Below are positions 14,612 through 26,428 of a stretch of 64,000 nt of DNA, piece by piece (the first letter of the stretch is position 1; each line of letters starts with the position of its first letter). The notes beneath the pieces were generated by a model, which did not search any database, was not told the DNA's origin, and saw nothing but the letters and a program-made list of their open reading frames with translations. Both the position numbers and the translations under genes were made by a program. This DNA is from Eledone cirrhosa. Taxonomy: Eukaryota. The stretch lies in assembly GCA_964016885.1 (NCBI GenBank), contig OZ024745.1, forward strand, positions 69,936,001 through 70,000,000. Reading direction: 5' to 3'.

Positions 14612-14810
14612 GATTGGAAGTATCCCTAAAGCGTCAGACAATATTCTTTGTGACATTTAGTTCGGCACTTTACGGTTTGAGTTCAAATCTCGCCGAGGAT
14701 ATATTTGCCGTTAATCCTTAAGGAGTGGATTAAATAAAGCACCTGGTTCTATTTATTTGAGTTTCTCTTCGCTTCAAATTGGTCGCATTGTGCCAAAAGT
14801 AGAAATAATC
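14612..14810 (+). mobile_element. Degenerate Meta-domain SINE
   Basis: gagttcaaatctcgccgagg B-box region and ttgtgccaaaagtagaaataat tail. Confidence 0.7.
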
Positions 14811-15521
14811 CTGTCTCCGATTAAAAAGAGACGGTTGAACGCTATTGCATCCTCACTATTATAACTGAAATACTGATTGTATAAATCAATAAGAAATAAT
14901 TATATTTTCTTTACCGTTTATATTTACGTGGTAATATTTGTATATCCTGTCCGACATTAAACACATTCATTCTATCTATGATATGTTGTCATTAAAAACT
15001 GGACCGGAAGCTCTGATACTTCTAAGTGGCTGAATGATAACATGCGCACGTTTGAATCATAGAAAAATCAAGCGAGTTGCCTCAAGTTCTTCATAACCTG
15101 AAGTCATCGTCATTCTATTCAACCTCTGTTTATCATTCATTGATTTTAATTTCATGCTGATTAAACTTATGAATGGCTTTTAATCTAGTGTAGGCTTCAT
15201 TTTTTTCTTCTGCACTGAAAACACACCGATTAACATGTCCAATCAATAAAAAAAAGATTGGAATTAGCTTTAATACTTTATTTTATATATCTCTTTTGCT
15301 GTGCTATGATTTTTTTCTGCTTATTTGTTCTCGTATGTGTTATTAACTTCAAAGAGAATTAACTTTTCAATTAGTCACATACTCCTTTGAATTCAGTGCA
15401 TATTGCTGTATGCGTTTAAAGTTTAGTATATATCTTAATAACTACTTAAATATTTGTGTATTGCACTTATTACATGTTGCTGAGTGTGTTAAATAATTGT
15501 AAATATACTATGTATGTACAA

Positions 15522-15586
<65 letters not shown>

Positions 15587-15784
15587 ATGGAAATAGCTTC
15601 CACCTTATTTTTGATTAAAGAAATTTTAGCCTGACAGTGGGGTTTAGAACCATCTAAGAAATGGAAAAATATGAGTACATGTACGTAAATACTCATCTTT
15701 TTTACATTTGTTAGAGAGTTCTAAACCCCAATACCAGGCTAACATTTCTTTAGTCAAACATACGGTGGAAACTTTTATTTCCAT
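15587..15784. mobile_element. Fold-back (fully palindromic) MITE-like element
   Basis: atggaaatag..ttccacc..aaagaaattttagcctg..tggggtttagaac..atgagta pairs with tactcat..gttctaaacccca..caggctaacatttcttt..ggtggaa..tatttccat. Confidence 0.8.
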
Positions 15785-16586
15785 TTGCAAACTCATTCGC
15801 TGTATCAAAAACAAACATACTATATCTAGAACTGCATTTTCTAATGTGTCCCTACTTTCAAAAATCGCACGAGGTAAGATTTGAATGTTATTCCTAGCGG
15901 ATCGTGTGAATAGAGTACGTAGTAGCCTGCTTAATGTTTCAATAAACATCACCTTAGAGCAGTCGAAAGAAGCCACTAATGTTATTTCACTGGAGAAAGA
16001 TATACAATTTGCAAGTAAATCTAAAAATACATGCAGGTATAATTGCTATGGTTGTGACATCTTAAAATACATTATATGATTTTCACATGCGGTTGCTATG
16101 GTTGTTAAATAAACCAACTTAATATAGAAAACCGTAAAAATACAAAATTATATATGAATTATTGAGCTGTTAAGGAAAAACGATTTCATTACAGAAATTT
16201 TATTTTTATATATATGTATATATATGTGAAAGGTGTTGGCACACAAGCACTACCTAATAAATAGGGATGTTATACATACGTTGAAAAAATAAACAACTTA
16301 TATATGGAACAATGAAGGATTACAAAGGAGGTGTATGGAGTGTTTAAAAGATTGCTAAAGCAATGAATCAGGTGTATGACAACACTATAGTTTGCCATAC
16401 GTACACGGGCTTAATAAACAAATTAATTTAAACAGAATATTTTCAATTTTTATTTCCAATTTTCAAAATTGTGCCAAAAGTAGAAATAATCCTCTCTCCG
16501 ATTAAAAAGAGACGGTTGAACGCTATTGCATCCTCACTATTATAACTGAAATACTAATCGCTGTAATGATTTGTAATGATTATTAT

Positions 16587-16755
16587 TGTCGGACGCTATG
16601 CTTTGCAGCATAGAGTTACATCCCGTTGCGGTCTGAGTTCAAATCCTGCTAAGGTTAACTTTGTTTTTCATCCTTACGGGGTCGATAAAATGAAGTATCA
16701 GTAATGCACTGGGATAATTGCTGGCCTTGTGCAAACAAGTAGAAACAATTATTAT
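16587..16755 (+). mobile_element. Meta-domain SINE, 5'-truncated
   Basis: gtcggacgctatgc through agaaacaattatt. Confidence 0.85.
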
Positions 16756-16893
16756 TGTCAGTACAATCTCTCCTTTCTATGTTTTCTCTCTCCCAAACCT
16801 CTCTCTCTTTCTCTATCTTTCTCTCAATCACTCTCTCACTCTTTCTCTCTCTCTGTTGCTCTCTCTTCATATATATCAAGACTAAAATGTGAG

Positions 16894-16943
16894 TCTTATT
16901 ACTCAGGAGTTTCACCTGTTTATCACAGGGTCATCAGACAAAA
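16894..16943 (-). ncRNA. Type I hammerhead ribozyme (slightly decayed)
   Basis: Minus strand: ttttgt CTGATGA c cctgt gataa acagg t GAAA ctc ct gag TA ataaga; GUA triplet; closing pair of stem II mismatched. Confidence 0.75.
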
Positions 16944-17627
16944 TCTCATAATCAAAATGTATATTAAAACTATACTTTGGTGTTGAGTAATCCTTTCTCT
17001 CAGTCGTCAACCAGACACACACACATGTTTTTATTTATGTATTATAACCATTCATAATTTATCCGGCTGGATCTCCAGCTGAGCACATGGATTTTATACA
17101 ACCATCTTATTCGAAATCTATCCCCGGGTCTCCTGCCGGCTGATTTTACTGAAAAATCTGTCCAGCGATTCATTTCCGAGACAGTCTAAAACCACGCTGT
17201 TAGTATCGGAAATGTGATCACTTCTGAGAAATAGGTTTTCTAACTGAAGGGCCTCTCTCTGATCTCAGCGAAACGTACCTTATCTAGTAGCGATATATTA
17301 GAATCGATACTTTGCGATTTTTTCTTTTTTGTATTCGTACACCTAGCATCACACACGCGCACACACACAATGCAAAGGAATGTAACTCGGTGACAAAATG
17401 CACCTTATGATACAATCATATATCATATTGATGATATAACACAAGAAACGGATTAATAATCATTGATGTATTTTTTGAAGTAAAATATGAAATTTATTTT
17501 ACATTAATCTTCATAAGCACGAAAATGTCTTAATCTGTTTCCAGAATAGTGCATTACTAGATACAGAAGAAATTTAGTATAGGTTAGAAATATGTGTGAT
17601 CTGGGTTAATTTGTAGGTTCATGTCAT

Positions 17628-17688
<61 letters not shown>

Positions 17689-20499
17689 TGTGTGTGTGCG
17701 TAGTGAAAAGGCAATGAACGCATTATACTACTACTAGAGTTAATGCTGCTTCAAAATGCAAAAAATATTTTTTGTTTTAATTTGTTAATGATCGTTTAAA
17801 CATAATCGGTAGAATATAATTTTTATATTGCTATTCTTTTACATATTTCACGCTTAAGACCTCACATCAAAATTAATAAAATTCAGCGAAAGTTAAATGC
17901 GATTATATATTGGTATGTGTACCTGTTTTTGTTGACTTTCTGATTGGAAGAAATTGAAAACTTAATGCTACTTGCTTTCATATTAATAAAAACGAAATTA
18001 AATTAATAATTTATAAATTTTCATAGTTAATTTTTCATTTCCGCTTTCTAAGAGCTGTATTTATTGATTAATCGGTTGTTTAATAAATACATATCTTTCT
18101 AGAACATCCTTAGCATCTTTGCGTTTTTCCGTAATGTATTGGTTGACTATCTGACTTATAGTTAAGGCAAATTAACAGAGCCATTATAAGATTGGAGAGA
18201 ATGTAGCGTCGTAATTATTCCTTCCGGCTCTCTATGCTATGAGGTCAAATCTTGCTGACATCAAATTTGCGTTCCATCATAGGTCAATCTCTAAGATCCC
18301 GTCTAACCCTTCTCTTCCTTCTCACGTGATCGACTGTGTTCCGTCCTCAAAATGGATCGGTTACATCAGGTTTCAACTAACCAAAACACGTCTATTGGGC
18401 TCAATCTGTGGTCCAGTGTACGTTATATCTGTTTTAATGTCTCCAGCGATTTCAGTCCATTTTCCGATGTTCGCATAGAAACGCAGCTAATTATCCAAGT
18501 GAGACTTTAATCTTCATTCTAGAAACAAACAATTTTATCTTCTCAATTCATTCATATTTGTACCCCAATGTGGATCCTGAACGGGCAAAGGCTTTCCACT
18601 TGTAAAAATCAAAGGCTTTCCACTTGTAAAAATCCATTATATCTGGTAGACTAAACCATCAAGGACCATGAGAGTTGTCAAATTAAATTTGAACGGGAGA
18701 AATAAAAAAGGATTTTGATGATGACCTTCCCTTTAATTCATCTTCTCATTTATATATATACACACACGAGATGATAAATTGAATTTCGTTTGTGTAGATT
18801 AAGACTGCACACATACATTTTTCCTTCTGTCCAATTCCTCCAGCCTAGTTTTGTTTGCGTTTTGTGTGCCTTTTATCCATTCAGTTATTACAATTTCCTT
18901 CTCTGCTCTCTAATTTCAGATCCCATCACCCAGCCCCCGTTTACCTTTTATGCTTTACAGTACCTCTCTGGGGGATGAGTTGTCGGAATAATTAGAATAT
19001 CAGGCCTTCCTCTATCTCTTTCATACATTTGCGTTCTGAGTTAAACTGAAACCTGACTGGTACTGTGCATTATGGGTATGAAATTGTGAAATTTCCATGT
19101 GCATCTTGTCCAGGTAAAATAATTTAAAACTGGAGAAGGTAGTCTTATTCGTCACCCAAACACATTTTCCTATATGATCATTCTTTTAGCATATAAGAAC
19201 ATTTCTTATTGTGTCATTTAATTAAGTGTTAATAATCGTAATTCTCATATGAATAAGAATCGGCCTATGCTCGTAACTTTATAATCAAGATTCATTGTAT
19301 TTACCACAAATGCTTCACAAAGAGACGTTTATCATAGCAATAGAAAATATATATTTGTAATAAATGGGAAATGAAAAATGTGATGTGTGTGAGATGCAGA
19401 ATAGTTAAAACATGCAAATGGAAGAGAAGAAATGTTAATAAATTGTTAGAAAATGACACAGAAGGCTAAAAAAAAGAGTCAAAAACGATGAAACAGAAGT
19501 AAGAGGGGAGAAATTGTAGTAGAATACAAACAGGGGGAAATAAAACGAGTGAGAAAAATAAACAGAAAAAGTTGGGAGAAAGTAGAAAGGGGAAAATGTG
19601 AACGGAGGGAGGAGGGGGTGAAGTAGGAAAGAGAGATCTACCGAGTCGCAAGATATTAAATGTAGTAAGTCGATAGCGGTTTATTTAATTCTTTATGGGA
19701 ACAACAATTCGTTGCACAGGGGACATAACTAAATTGATTACGCATTTATTTCCCTATTTTCCTATTTCTGATAATCAACCAACCTACTATAATAACAATA
19801 ATTGCATATTGACAAATAACACCAGCCGTTGCTACTTTACTGATCGGAAAAAATATCCATTAACTTTTGAAATAATAACGAAGAAAATTTAAAAACAATT
19901 GATTAAAATTCGAAAACTTAAGTAATGTATTAACTTAACAGAATATGATGGCTTTTAATAATGTATTTCAAATATTCGCTAATTAGATAGCCCGTGTAAA
20001 AGGTCTAACGGAACACAAATGAAATCAACACCTCCTAAATTCAGCGGGAAATAAAATGTAACAAACAATAAAATTGAAAAATAAATCATCATTCGTCCAA
20101 AGAATAATTTGAATTTGATGCCTAATAATTAGTAAACATAGGAACGTGGAACATGCTCCCTCGTCAGAAATATATACCCCGGCACCTGATGAAAATAATA
20201 CGAATCTAAATATGCCACGCAAATAATATACAAAAAGCCTAAATGGATTTGCTGATAATACATTGTTATAAGACGTGCATAATAACCACAGTTTAACAGT
20301 GGAGTTGAATCCTGGTTAACTACGTAATTTACGAAACACAATATAACCTCGAGGTAATATCAGGTCTAGAAATGAAGAAAGAATCTGGAAGCAACATGAA
20401 GGCATAACAAAGAAGGGGCAAATAACAGATTTCTGTTATTTGTCCCTTATAACAAATTAAAGCAAAGAGCAAAGGAGGTATATATTTAGCGATTCTTGT

Positions 20500-20810
20500 T
20501 AGTATAATGGTTTTAGTCTTATGTTCCACAGGTAAATAAAAATATTTCTTGGTGTAAAACATCTGAGACACTAGCAAGTGCCCATAGGTAGTTCGCAAAT
20601 ATTTCTGCTGAGATCCATAAAAAAACAACTTCATATTATAGGACCGTCATTTATTCAGTATGCGATAGAGTTATAGGATTGAATTCATGAAATCTAGGAA
20701 GAAACACGATTTTCAAGCTGAACAAATATGTAGCAAACGGGATTAAGATGAATTAGAAATTATGTGGGATAAAAAACCATCTACATGAACATATCACAAA
20801 AGTAGCAATA
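20500..20810 (+). pseudogene. Possible ancient R4/Dong-like LINE fragment
   Basis: Remnant peptides LYVP-like and ELEIMWDKK..LH resembling the R4 W..KPLHG motif; heavily disrupted. Confidence 0.35.
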
Positions 20811-20827
20811 TATATTATATATTAATA

Positions 20828-20927
20828 TAATTGTTTCTACTTTTGGCACAACTGTGCATTACTGGTACTTTATTTTATCGACCCCGTAAGGATGAAAGGC
20901 AAAGTTAACCTCGGCGGGATTTGAACT
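20828..20927 (-). mobile_element. Truncated Meta-domain SINE
   Basis: Reverse complement of B box, core and tail. Confidence 0.85.
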
Positions 20928-21512
20928 ATTATATATTAATGTAATTGCAAGTAAAAAAGGCTAAGACCTCTTCAACACAGAGAGGAACGCATGTGTGAAA
21001 ACGTCTAAACTAATTTTAATTAGCCCTGACGAAATACATCCCCAAACTTTTTAAATACATTTTATAGGTTTATAAATGGAGATATCGACTTAGTATTGAC
21101 TAAAAAAAAAACGAGTGGAAACTCAATGTGTTGCTACCGTTGTTAAGCATGCAGATTAAGTAAATCTGAGAAAAAATCCAAGAGGCAATATCCAAAAGAT
21201 TGAAAAATATGCCTCATCATAGAGCATAAATTTGTACTGAAAGGAAAATAAAAACGTTTGCAGGTGTCAAATCATTTTACATTGTAGGTACGTTTCGTTA
21301 ACAAAACAAATTTAATCGATAATTCGATTAATCAATTTTCGGTAATCTCGTCAGGAACAATAGATATGTGAATAGATCTTCTTAACGTAATTACTTAATG
21401 TTATAACATCCGGATCATATAGCATGTATAAATAAGATTACATCTATTAATACAACTTTTAATTTCCACTCTATGAGGCATTTTCTATCCTTTATTATTC
21501 CTGGTGGAGGGA

Positions 21513-21698
21513 GGTAGATTGGCAGTATGGTAGAGCGTTGAGCTCCAGGCTTGGCAGCATAAGCTCTTTACCGTCTGCCTTCGAATCCCGCCGAAGTAAG
21601 CTTTGCCTTTCATCTTGACAGTAATGCACTGAGGTCGATTTAATTGACATAACCCTCCCCTCAAAATTGCTGCTCTTGTGCCCATAGTAGAAATTATT
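21513..21698 (+). mobile_element. Meta-domain SINE (long form, deleted)
   Basis: gattggcagtatggtagag head, gcctttcatc, gtgcccatagtagaaattatt tail. Confidence 0.75.
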
Positions 21699-21767
21699 AC
21701 TGGTGGGAATGAAGAAAATATTAACACACATACACACACATATACACATAGATAGATAGATGGATAA

Positions 21768-21826
<59 letters not shown>

Positions 21827-22145
21827 TGTTTCTTTTATTTGCCACAAGGGCATCAAAAGTGGGACAAGTACAATGGGGGGAGTTTACAAAACAAGGCGTC
21901 CTCAATAGGGAGGAGGCAATAACAATATATAAAAATAAAATAAAATATAACAAAAAATAGAATTATAACAAAATCCTCAATAGAGGATTTTGTTATAAAA
22001 TATAACAAAAAATAAAATTTATAACAAAATCCTCAATAGAGAGGAGGCGCCTTGGGGGGTAGCACACACCCCCGAAAAAAGTGTGCAACCCTTTTCCTCA
22101 GGAGCACAGAGAGGGGGTGCTCCCTCGTTCCTTCTTCTTTTCCAC

Positions 22146-25100
22146 CTACAGGCTTATGTAAAGAGAAGGCCCATTCACACGGGCCATTCTCGCCACTTTC
22201 ACCCACCTTTCATAAAAACGACTGAGGTGCAGCACCTCTCTCTCCATCCTGATCCTTCTTCCGAAATGATATCGGAAGAAACGGACCAGTTGTTGGCCAG
22301 AGAGAAAGGTGCCTGACCTCAGTCCTTTCAGACGCGTCCACCATACAACCTCTTTCGCCATGGCTATTACGCACAGAAACACCGCCTCTGCTTCATCTTT
22401 GAATGGGGGAGGCGGCTTGATCATTACAATAGATTCGGTGGTCAACCGGATCGGTCCCACCCTTGACAGCAGTTGTTCGACATAGCCCCACAGATCGGCT
22501 ACGCCCGAGCAGTGTACCAATGCGTGTGCAACGGTTTCCTCGTCGCACACGCATCTGGGACAGATCTTTTTGGCGGGGTCCCTACCCGGGCGCCCGTGTC
22601 TGTAGAGCCTTTCTCGAACGGGTAAAGCTCCTCGGTAGCACTGCCAGGTCAGGGACTTCTGGAAGTTGTCCATAGGTCCCGGGCTGAATGTCCTACCGAA
22701 CAGGCCGGCCAGTTCGTCCTCCTCCATGTCTAGGGCTTCTCCGAGGGCGTCGTCGCACCTGCTGCGTACCAGCCCTCTATAGAATGTTGCGGTGGAGTCT
22801 CCACCGATAACCGGATCCGCCTGCCAGAGGGCGGTGAGCGCCTGGGCACACTCAGTGTGCCAGGCGCCTAGTTTTCTCGGTCTTTGCTTGACCCAGGATT
22901 GCAGCTCGGTGAGTGAGACGAGTCTGGGAAAGGTTCGTCTCACAAACGAGGCCCACACCGGTTGTCCGGTGAGGAATACGTAGAGGTGCCGTAGCCTTAA
23001 TGCGTGTTTACGCATCATTAGCCACGGCATCGCCAGCCCTCCTTTCGAAGGGTGTTGACAGCGGATGGATCTCCTCACCATAGGAGCCCGCCTCTTCCAA
23101 AGGAATGGAAGAGCGCGCGCTCCATCTTGGTGAGGGTTTCCCACCTCCGCCCGACCTTTCAGGGATAGTTTGCAACTGGCCCACTTCTGGGTCAGTGCAA
23201 ACACCCTGTTCGTAACCTCCGCCCAGTTTTTCTCCACTTGGAGGTCCGGTCCGAACCAGACCCCGAGCAACTTCACCGGGCCCTCCGTCCAGCGTCCGAC
23301 GACGCCATCGGATGGCATCGGTCTGCCCCTCCACGTGCCGAGTTGCAAACCGATCGACTTGTCCCGGTTCAGCTTAGCCCCTGTGAACTTTTCGTACTCC
23401 TCCAGTAAGGTGCCGACCGCCTCGATTTCGGAGGCCGTCGACACCATTACTGTCACGTCATCGGCGTAGGCCGACACCGCTTTCCGCAATCCCGGTTCCA
23501 AAGGGATGCTCTGCAACAACTCCAACTTCCGCAGTAGTGGCTCGAGAGTCAACACATACAGAAGGGAGGAGAGAGGGCACTCTTGTCGGATGGACCGCGC
23601 GATTTTGAACGGCTCCGAGAGGTAGCCGTTCACCTTGACCCCAGAGCAGATGCGGCTGCTGTGCATAGCAGTGATCCAGCCCCTGAAAACGGGTCCAAAG
23701 CCTGCCGCCGCTAGCACCGCATCCAGGTAACCATGGTCGACCCTCTCGAACGCTTTAGATTGATCCAAGTTGATCAGAGCCCCACCAAAGCCGGGTTCGT
23801 TCCCAACCCTCTCTATGATGTATCGCATGAGGTGGAGGTTGTCATGGATGGACCTGAACGGGACAGCGCATGTCTGCGCATCTCCTACCAGGTTGCCCAG
23901 GACAAGCGCCAACCTCTTTGCTAGCACCTTGGCCAAAATCTGTAACTCTGTATTTAGCAGAGTTATGGGCCTGAAGTTACTTATTTCGTCCCCCTTGTTC
24001 TCGTCCTTCCTCACTAGCGTGACTACGCCCTTGGTCACAGTACAGGGAATTCTCCCGTTCTGTCGCCAGTTGCAGTAGACCGCCTCGAGGAGATCGGGGA
24101 ACAAGTCCGGCATAGCTAGATATAATTCGTAAGGAAGACCATCGAGACCCGGGGATTTGCGTTTGCCGCATTGGCTCAGCACGTCCTCTATCTCAGCGGC
24201 CGAAATCGGCTCCTCGCAGGACTTCGCCTCCCTGTCCGAGAGGCGCGGCAGGCCGTCGAGGTATGGACCGAAGTCCACGTTCCCAACCGGCTCCCCGCCC
24301 CTCCCGAACAGTCGGGCAAAGTGCCTTTGAAAGGCCTCACACATCTGCCTAGGCTCAAGAATCGCCCGTCCATCCAGGTCTCGCAAAGACCGGATGGTGG
24401 ATTTAGTTCCACTGTTGGCCTCTGTCACGCGGGCCCAGCTAACAGCTTTGGTCCCCTCGTTCCCTAGAGCACGTATTTTACTTCGGACAACGCAGCCTTC
24501 GTGCTTCGCGTCGAAAAACTGGCTCAAAGCCGTTCTCGACGCTAGCACTCTGGCCACGTCGCCGCTTCTAATTGCCTCTTCTACTCTATCTATTAGCTCC
24601 CTTTCCTTCCTATTCCTATCCGCAGCTAGAACCTTACTAAATTCTATCGAGACTACTCTAATCTCTCTCTTTAGAGATACCCACCACCTGCTGTTGACGA
24701 TCGCTCCAGTCAACCGTTCCTTAACTAACGTACTAATCCGATTCCTGTAGGCTCTACTTGCCGGCAAGGACAAGTTGAGCTTCCAGTAACCGGGGCCCTG
24801 TCTATGAGTTCTGTCAAGGTTGACCATGCAGGTCACTAATTTGTGGTCTGAATAGCCAACCATGCGCATTTTTGGACAACTTAAAAAGTCCTTATCCTTA
24901 ATTCTAACTAAGAACCTATCTAGGTACGACCTAGATGATCCGCTACGATTTGCCCAAGTCCAGGTTGGCGCAGTCGGAAAATCTAGTCGATATCTATCGG
25001 CCAGGTCAAATCGACCGATTAACCCTTTGAGGCTATTACACCCCTCTCTATCGGGGCAGGCCCGTACGTAGTCCCAGCGTGCATCTAGGATACCATTCCA

Positions 25101-25547
25101 GTCCCCCACTAATAGCAAGGAGCGGGACGTCCCTAGAAAAGTCTCCAGACGATGGAAGAAGTCCGGCCGCATTGACCCGAAAGGGCCGTAGGCGGCTACC
25201 AACCTAAACGCTCCGCCTTTACCACTGCCAAGGTCCAGAACCACTAGTCGACCCTCCGGGTCCAAATGTACCATCTGTGTTGCGAGACCCAGATGTTTTT
25301 GCAGCAGAACGACAACTCCACCCCCACTTCCGGGCTGACAGAGAGATGCGTGCATCTCAAAGTCATCAAAGGTGGGGGCCAGCTGTCGCACGTTGCTGAT
25401 CCGGGCCTCGCAAATAACCATCACATCTATACGTTGTGACCTGAGGTCATTTAGAAGCATTGCTTGCTTCCAAGTTGAGCCCAGGCCACGCGCATTTAAA
25501 CAGCCTACTCTTAGCATAGCCATGTTGGTGGTGAAGAGAAAAGGCAC
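22146..25547 (-). CDS. Tx1-like ORF2: apurinic-like endonuclease + reverse transcriptase + C-terminal Cys/His motif (likely start ATG ~25523)
   Basis: CLNARGL, GDWN, SYLDRF, SDH (APE); SPGLDGLP, NFRPITLLN, DQSKAF, AYADD (RT); CPRC..ETVAHALVHC. Confidence 0.93.
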   Translation of the reverse strand: MPFLFTTNMAMLRVGCLNARGLGSTWKQAMLLNDLRSQRIDVMVICEARISNVRQLAPTFDDFEMHASLCQPGSGGGVVVLLQKHLGLATQMVHLDPEGRLVVLDLGSGKGGAFRLVAAYGPFGSMRPDFFHRLETFLGTSRSLLLVGDWNGILDARWDYVRACPDREGCNSLKGLIGRFDLADRYRLDFPTAPTWTWANRSGSSRSYLDRFLVRIKDKDFLSCPKMRMVGYSDHKLVTCMVNLDRTHRQGPGYWKLNLSLPASRAYRNRISTLVKERLTGAIVNSRWWVSLKREIRVVSIEFSKVLAADRNRKERELIDRVEEAIRSGDVARVLASRTALSQFFDAKHEGCVVRSKIRALGNEGTKAVSWARVTEANSGTKSTIRSLRDLDGRAILEPRQMCEAFQRHFARLFGRGGEPVGNVDFGPYLDGLPRLSDREAKSCEEPISAAEIEDVLSQCGKRKSPGLDGLPYELYLAMPDLFPDLLEAVYCNWRQNGRIPCTVTKGVVTLVRKDENKGDEISNFRPITLLNTELQILAKVLAKRLALVLGNLVGDAQTCAVPFRSIHDNLHLMRYIIERVGNEPGFGGALINLDQSKAFERVDHGYLDAVLAAAGFGPVFRGWITAMHSSRICSGVKVNGYLSEPFKIARSIRQECPLSSLLYVLTLEPLLRKLELLQSIPLEPGLRKAVSAYADDVTVMVSTASEIEAVGTLLEEYEKFTGAKLNRDKSIGLQLGTWRGRPMPSDGVVGRWTEGPVKLLGVWFGPDLQVEKNWAEVTNRVFALTQKWASCKLSLKGRAEVGNPHQDGARALPFLWKRRAPMVRRSIRCQHPSKGGLAMPWLMMRKHALRLRHLYVFLTGQPVWASFVRRTFPRLVSLTELQSWVKQRPRKLGAWHTECAQALTALWQADPVIGGDSTATFYRGLVRSRCDDALGEALDMEEDELAGLFGRTFSPGPMDNFQKSLTWQCYRGALPVRERLYRHGRPGRDPAKKICPRCVCDEETVAHALVHCSGVADLWGYVEQLLSRVGPIRLTTESIVMIKPPPPFKDEAEAVFLCVIAMAKEVVWWTRLKGLRSGTFLSGQQLVRFFRYHFGRRIRMEREVLHLSRFYERWVKVARMARVNGPSLYISL

Positions 25548-26428
25548 TTACCTCTCTGCGTCCCGGGTATCGGGCTGCACAATTTCCATTAGGGTGGGGG
25601 ATGGGTTGTTGGGTGGGGTGGTGGTTTGTGGAAGTGCGGGGGCATCAGTGTGTTGTGTGGTTGGGGAGCTTGGAGTTGTGTGGGTGTTTGGGGAGGGGGT
25701 GGGATAGTTTTTTAGGAGGACGCGGTTAATGGGCCCGACGCAGGAGGGACTCACGTCCTCTTTAAAATTGTTTTTTAAAGTTTTATAGATGTCCTGTGGG
25801 GCCTTAATCATTTTGAGGTAGGGGAAATCCCCTGCCTGGGTGAAGTTAGGCCCTTGTGTTTTTATTAGATTGTTGTTGTACACAATGTTTAACAGTTTTT
25901 TGTTTCTTGTGTTTATGTATGTGTATGCATGTTTTTTGTTTTTGTGTGGTGTTTTTTGTTTGCTGTTGTTGTGAGCTCTTTTGTGTTGGTGTCAGTGTTA
26001 TGTTTTGGGGAGGGTTTTTTTTCATTTGTGTGTCTGAGGTGTGTTTTCTTTTTTTTCTTTTGATTGTGTGGAAGTGCTCCTCCTCGTCTGACGACGAACT
26101 AGGGTCATCTTCCCCGTGGGAGGGGAGGGGTATATTTTCGGGTTGTGTTTGCGGTACGGGTGTTTTGGAAATTGTTTTTGTTTTTTGAGTGGGGGGGATG
26201 GGTTGGACATTGTTTTGTTTTGGTTTGAGCTGTGGTGGTTGTTTTTGTAGTGGTAGTTGTGGTGATTGTGTTGGTTGTGCAGTTGTTGGTGGTGTAGGCA
26301 GGATTGGGGTTTTCTTATTAAGTTGGGGACAGACAGCCCTCAGGTGACCTCTGGTTCCGCAGAGGTAACACGAGGGCCGTCTACCCTCAACGGTAATGTT
26401 GATGAAGGTTAGATCATCCAGTATGACT
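25548..26428 (-). pseudogene. Tx1-like ORF1 C-terminal part (frameshifted), gag-type CCHC knuckle
   Basis: ~26310-26400 reads VEGRRPSCYLCGTRGHLRAVCPQL (CX2CX4HX4C), followed by T/P/K-rich low-complexity sequence and a stop just upstream of ORF2. Confidence 0.82.

Noticed and set aside
17235-17285. ctgaaggg...gcGAAAcgTAcct hammerhead-like string
   Set aside because: Core is non-canonical and stems I and II cannot be formed in register
22463-25707. Plus-strand ORFs overlapping the Tx1 ORF2 (similar ones over the other LINEs)
   Set aside because: Antisense shadows of GC-rich retroelement coding sequence with no domain motifs
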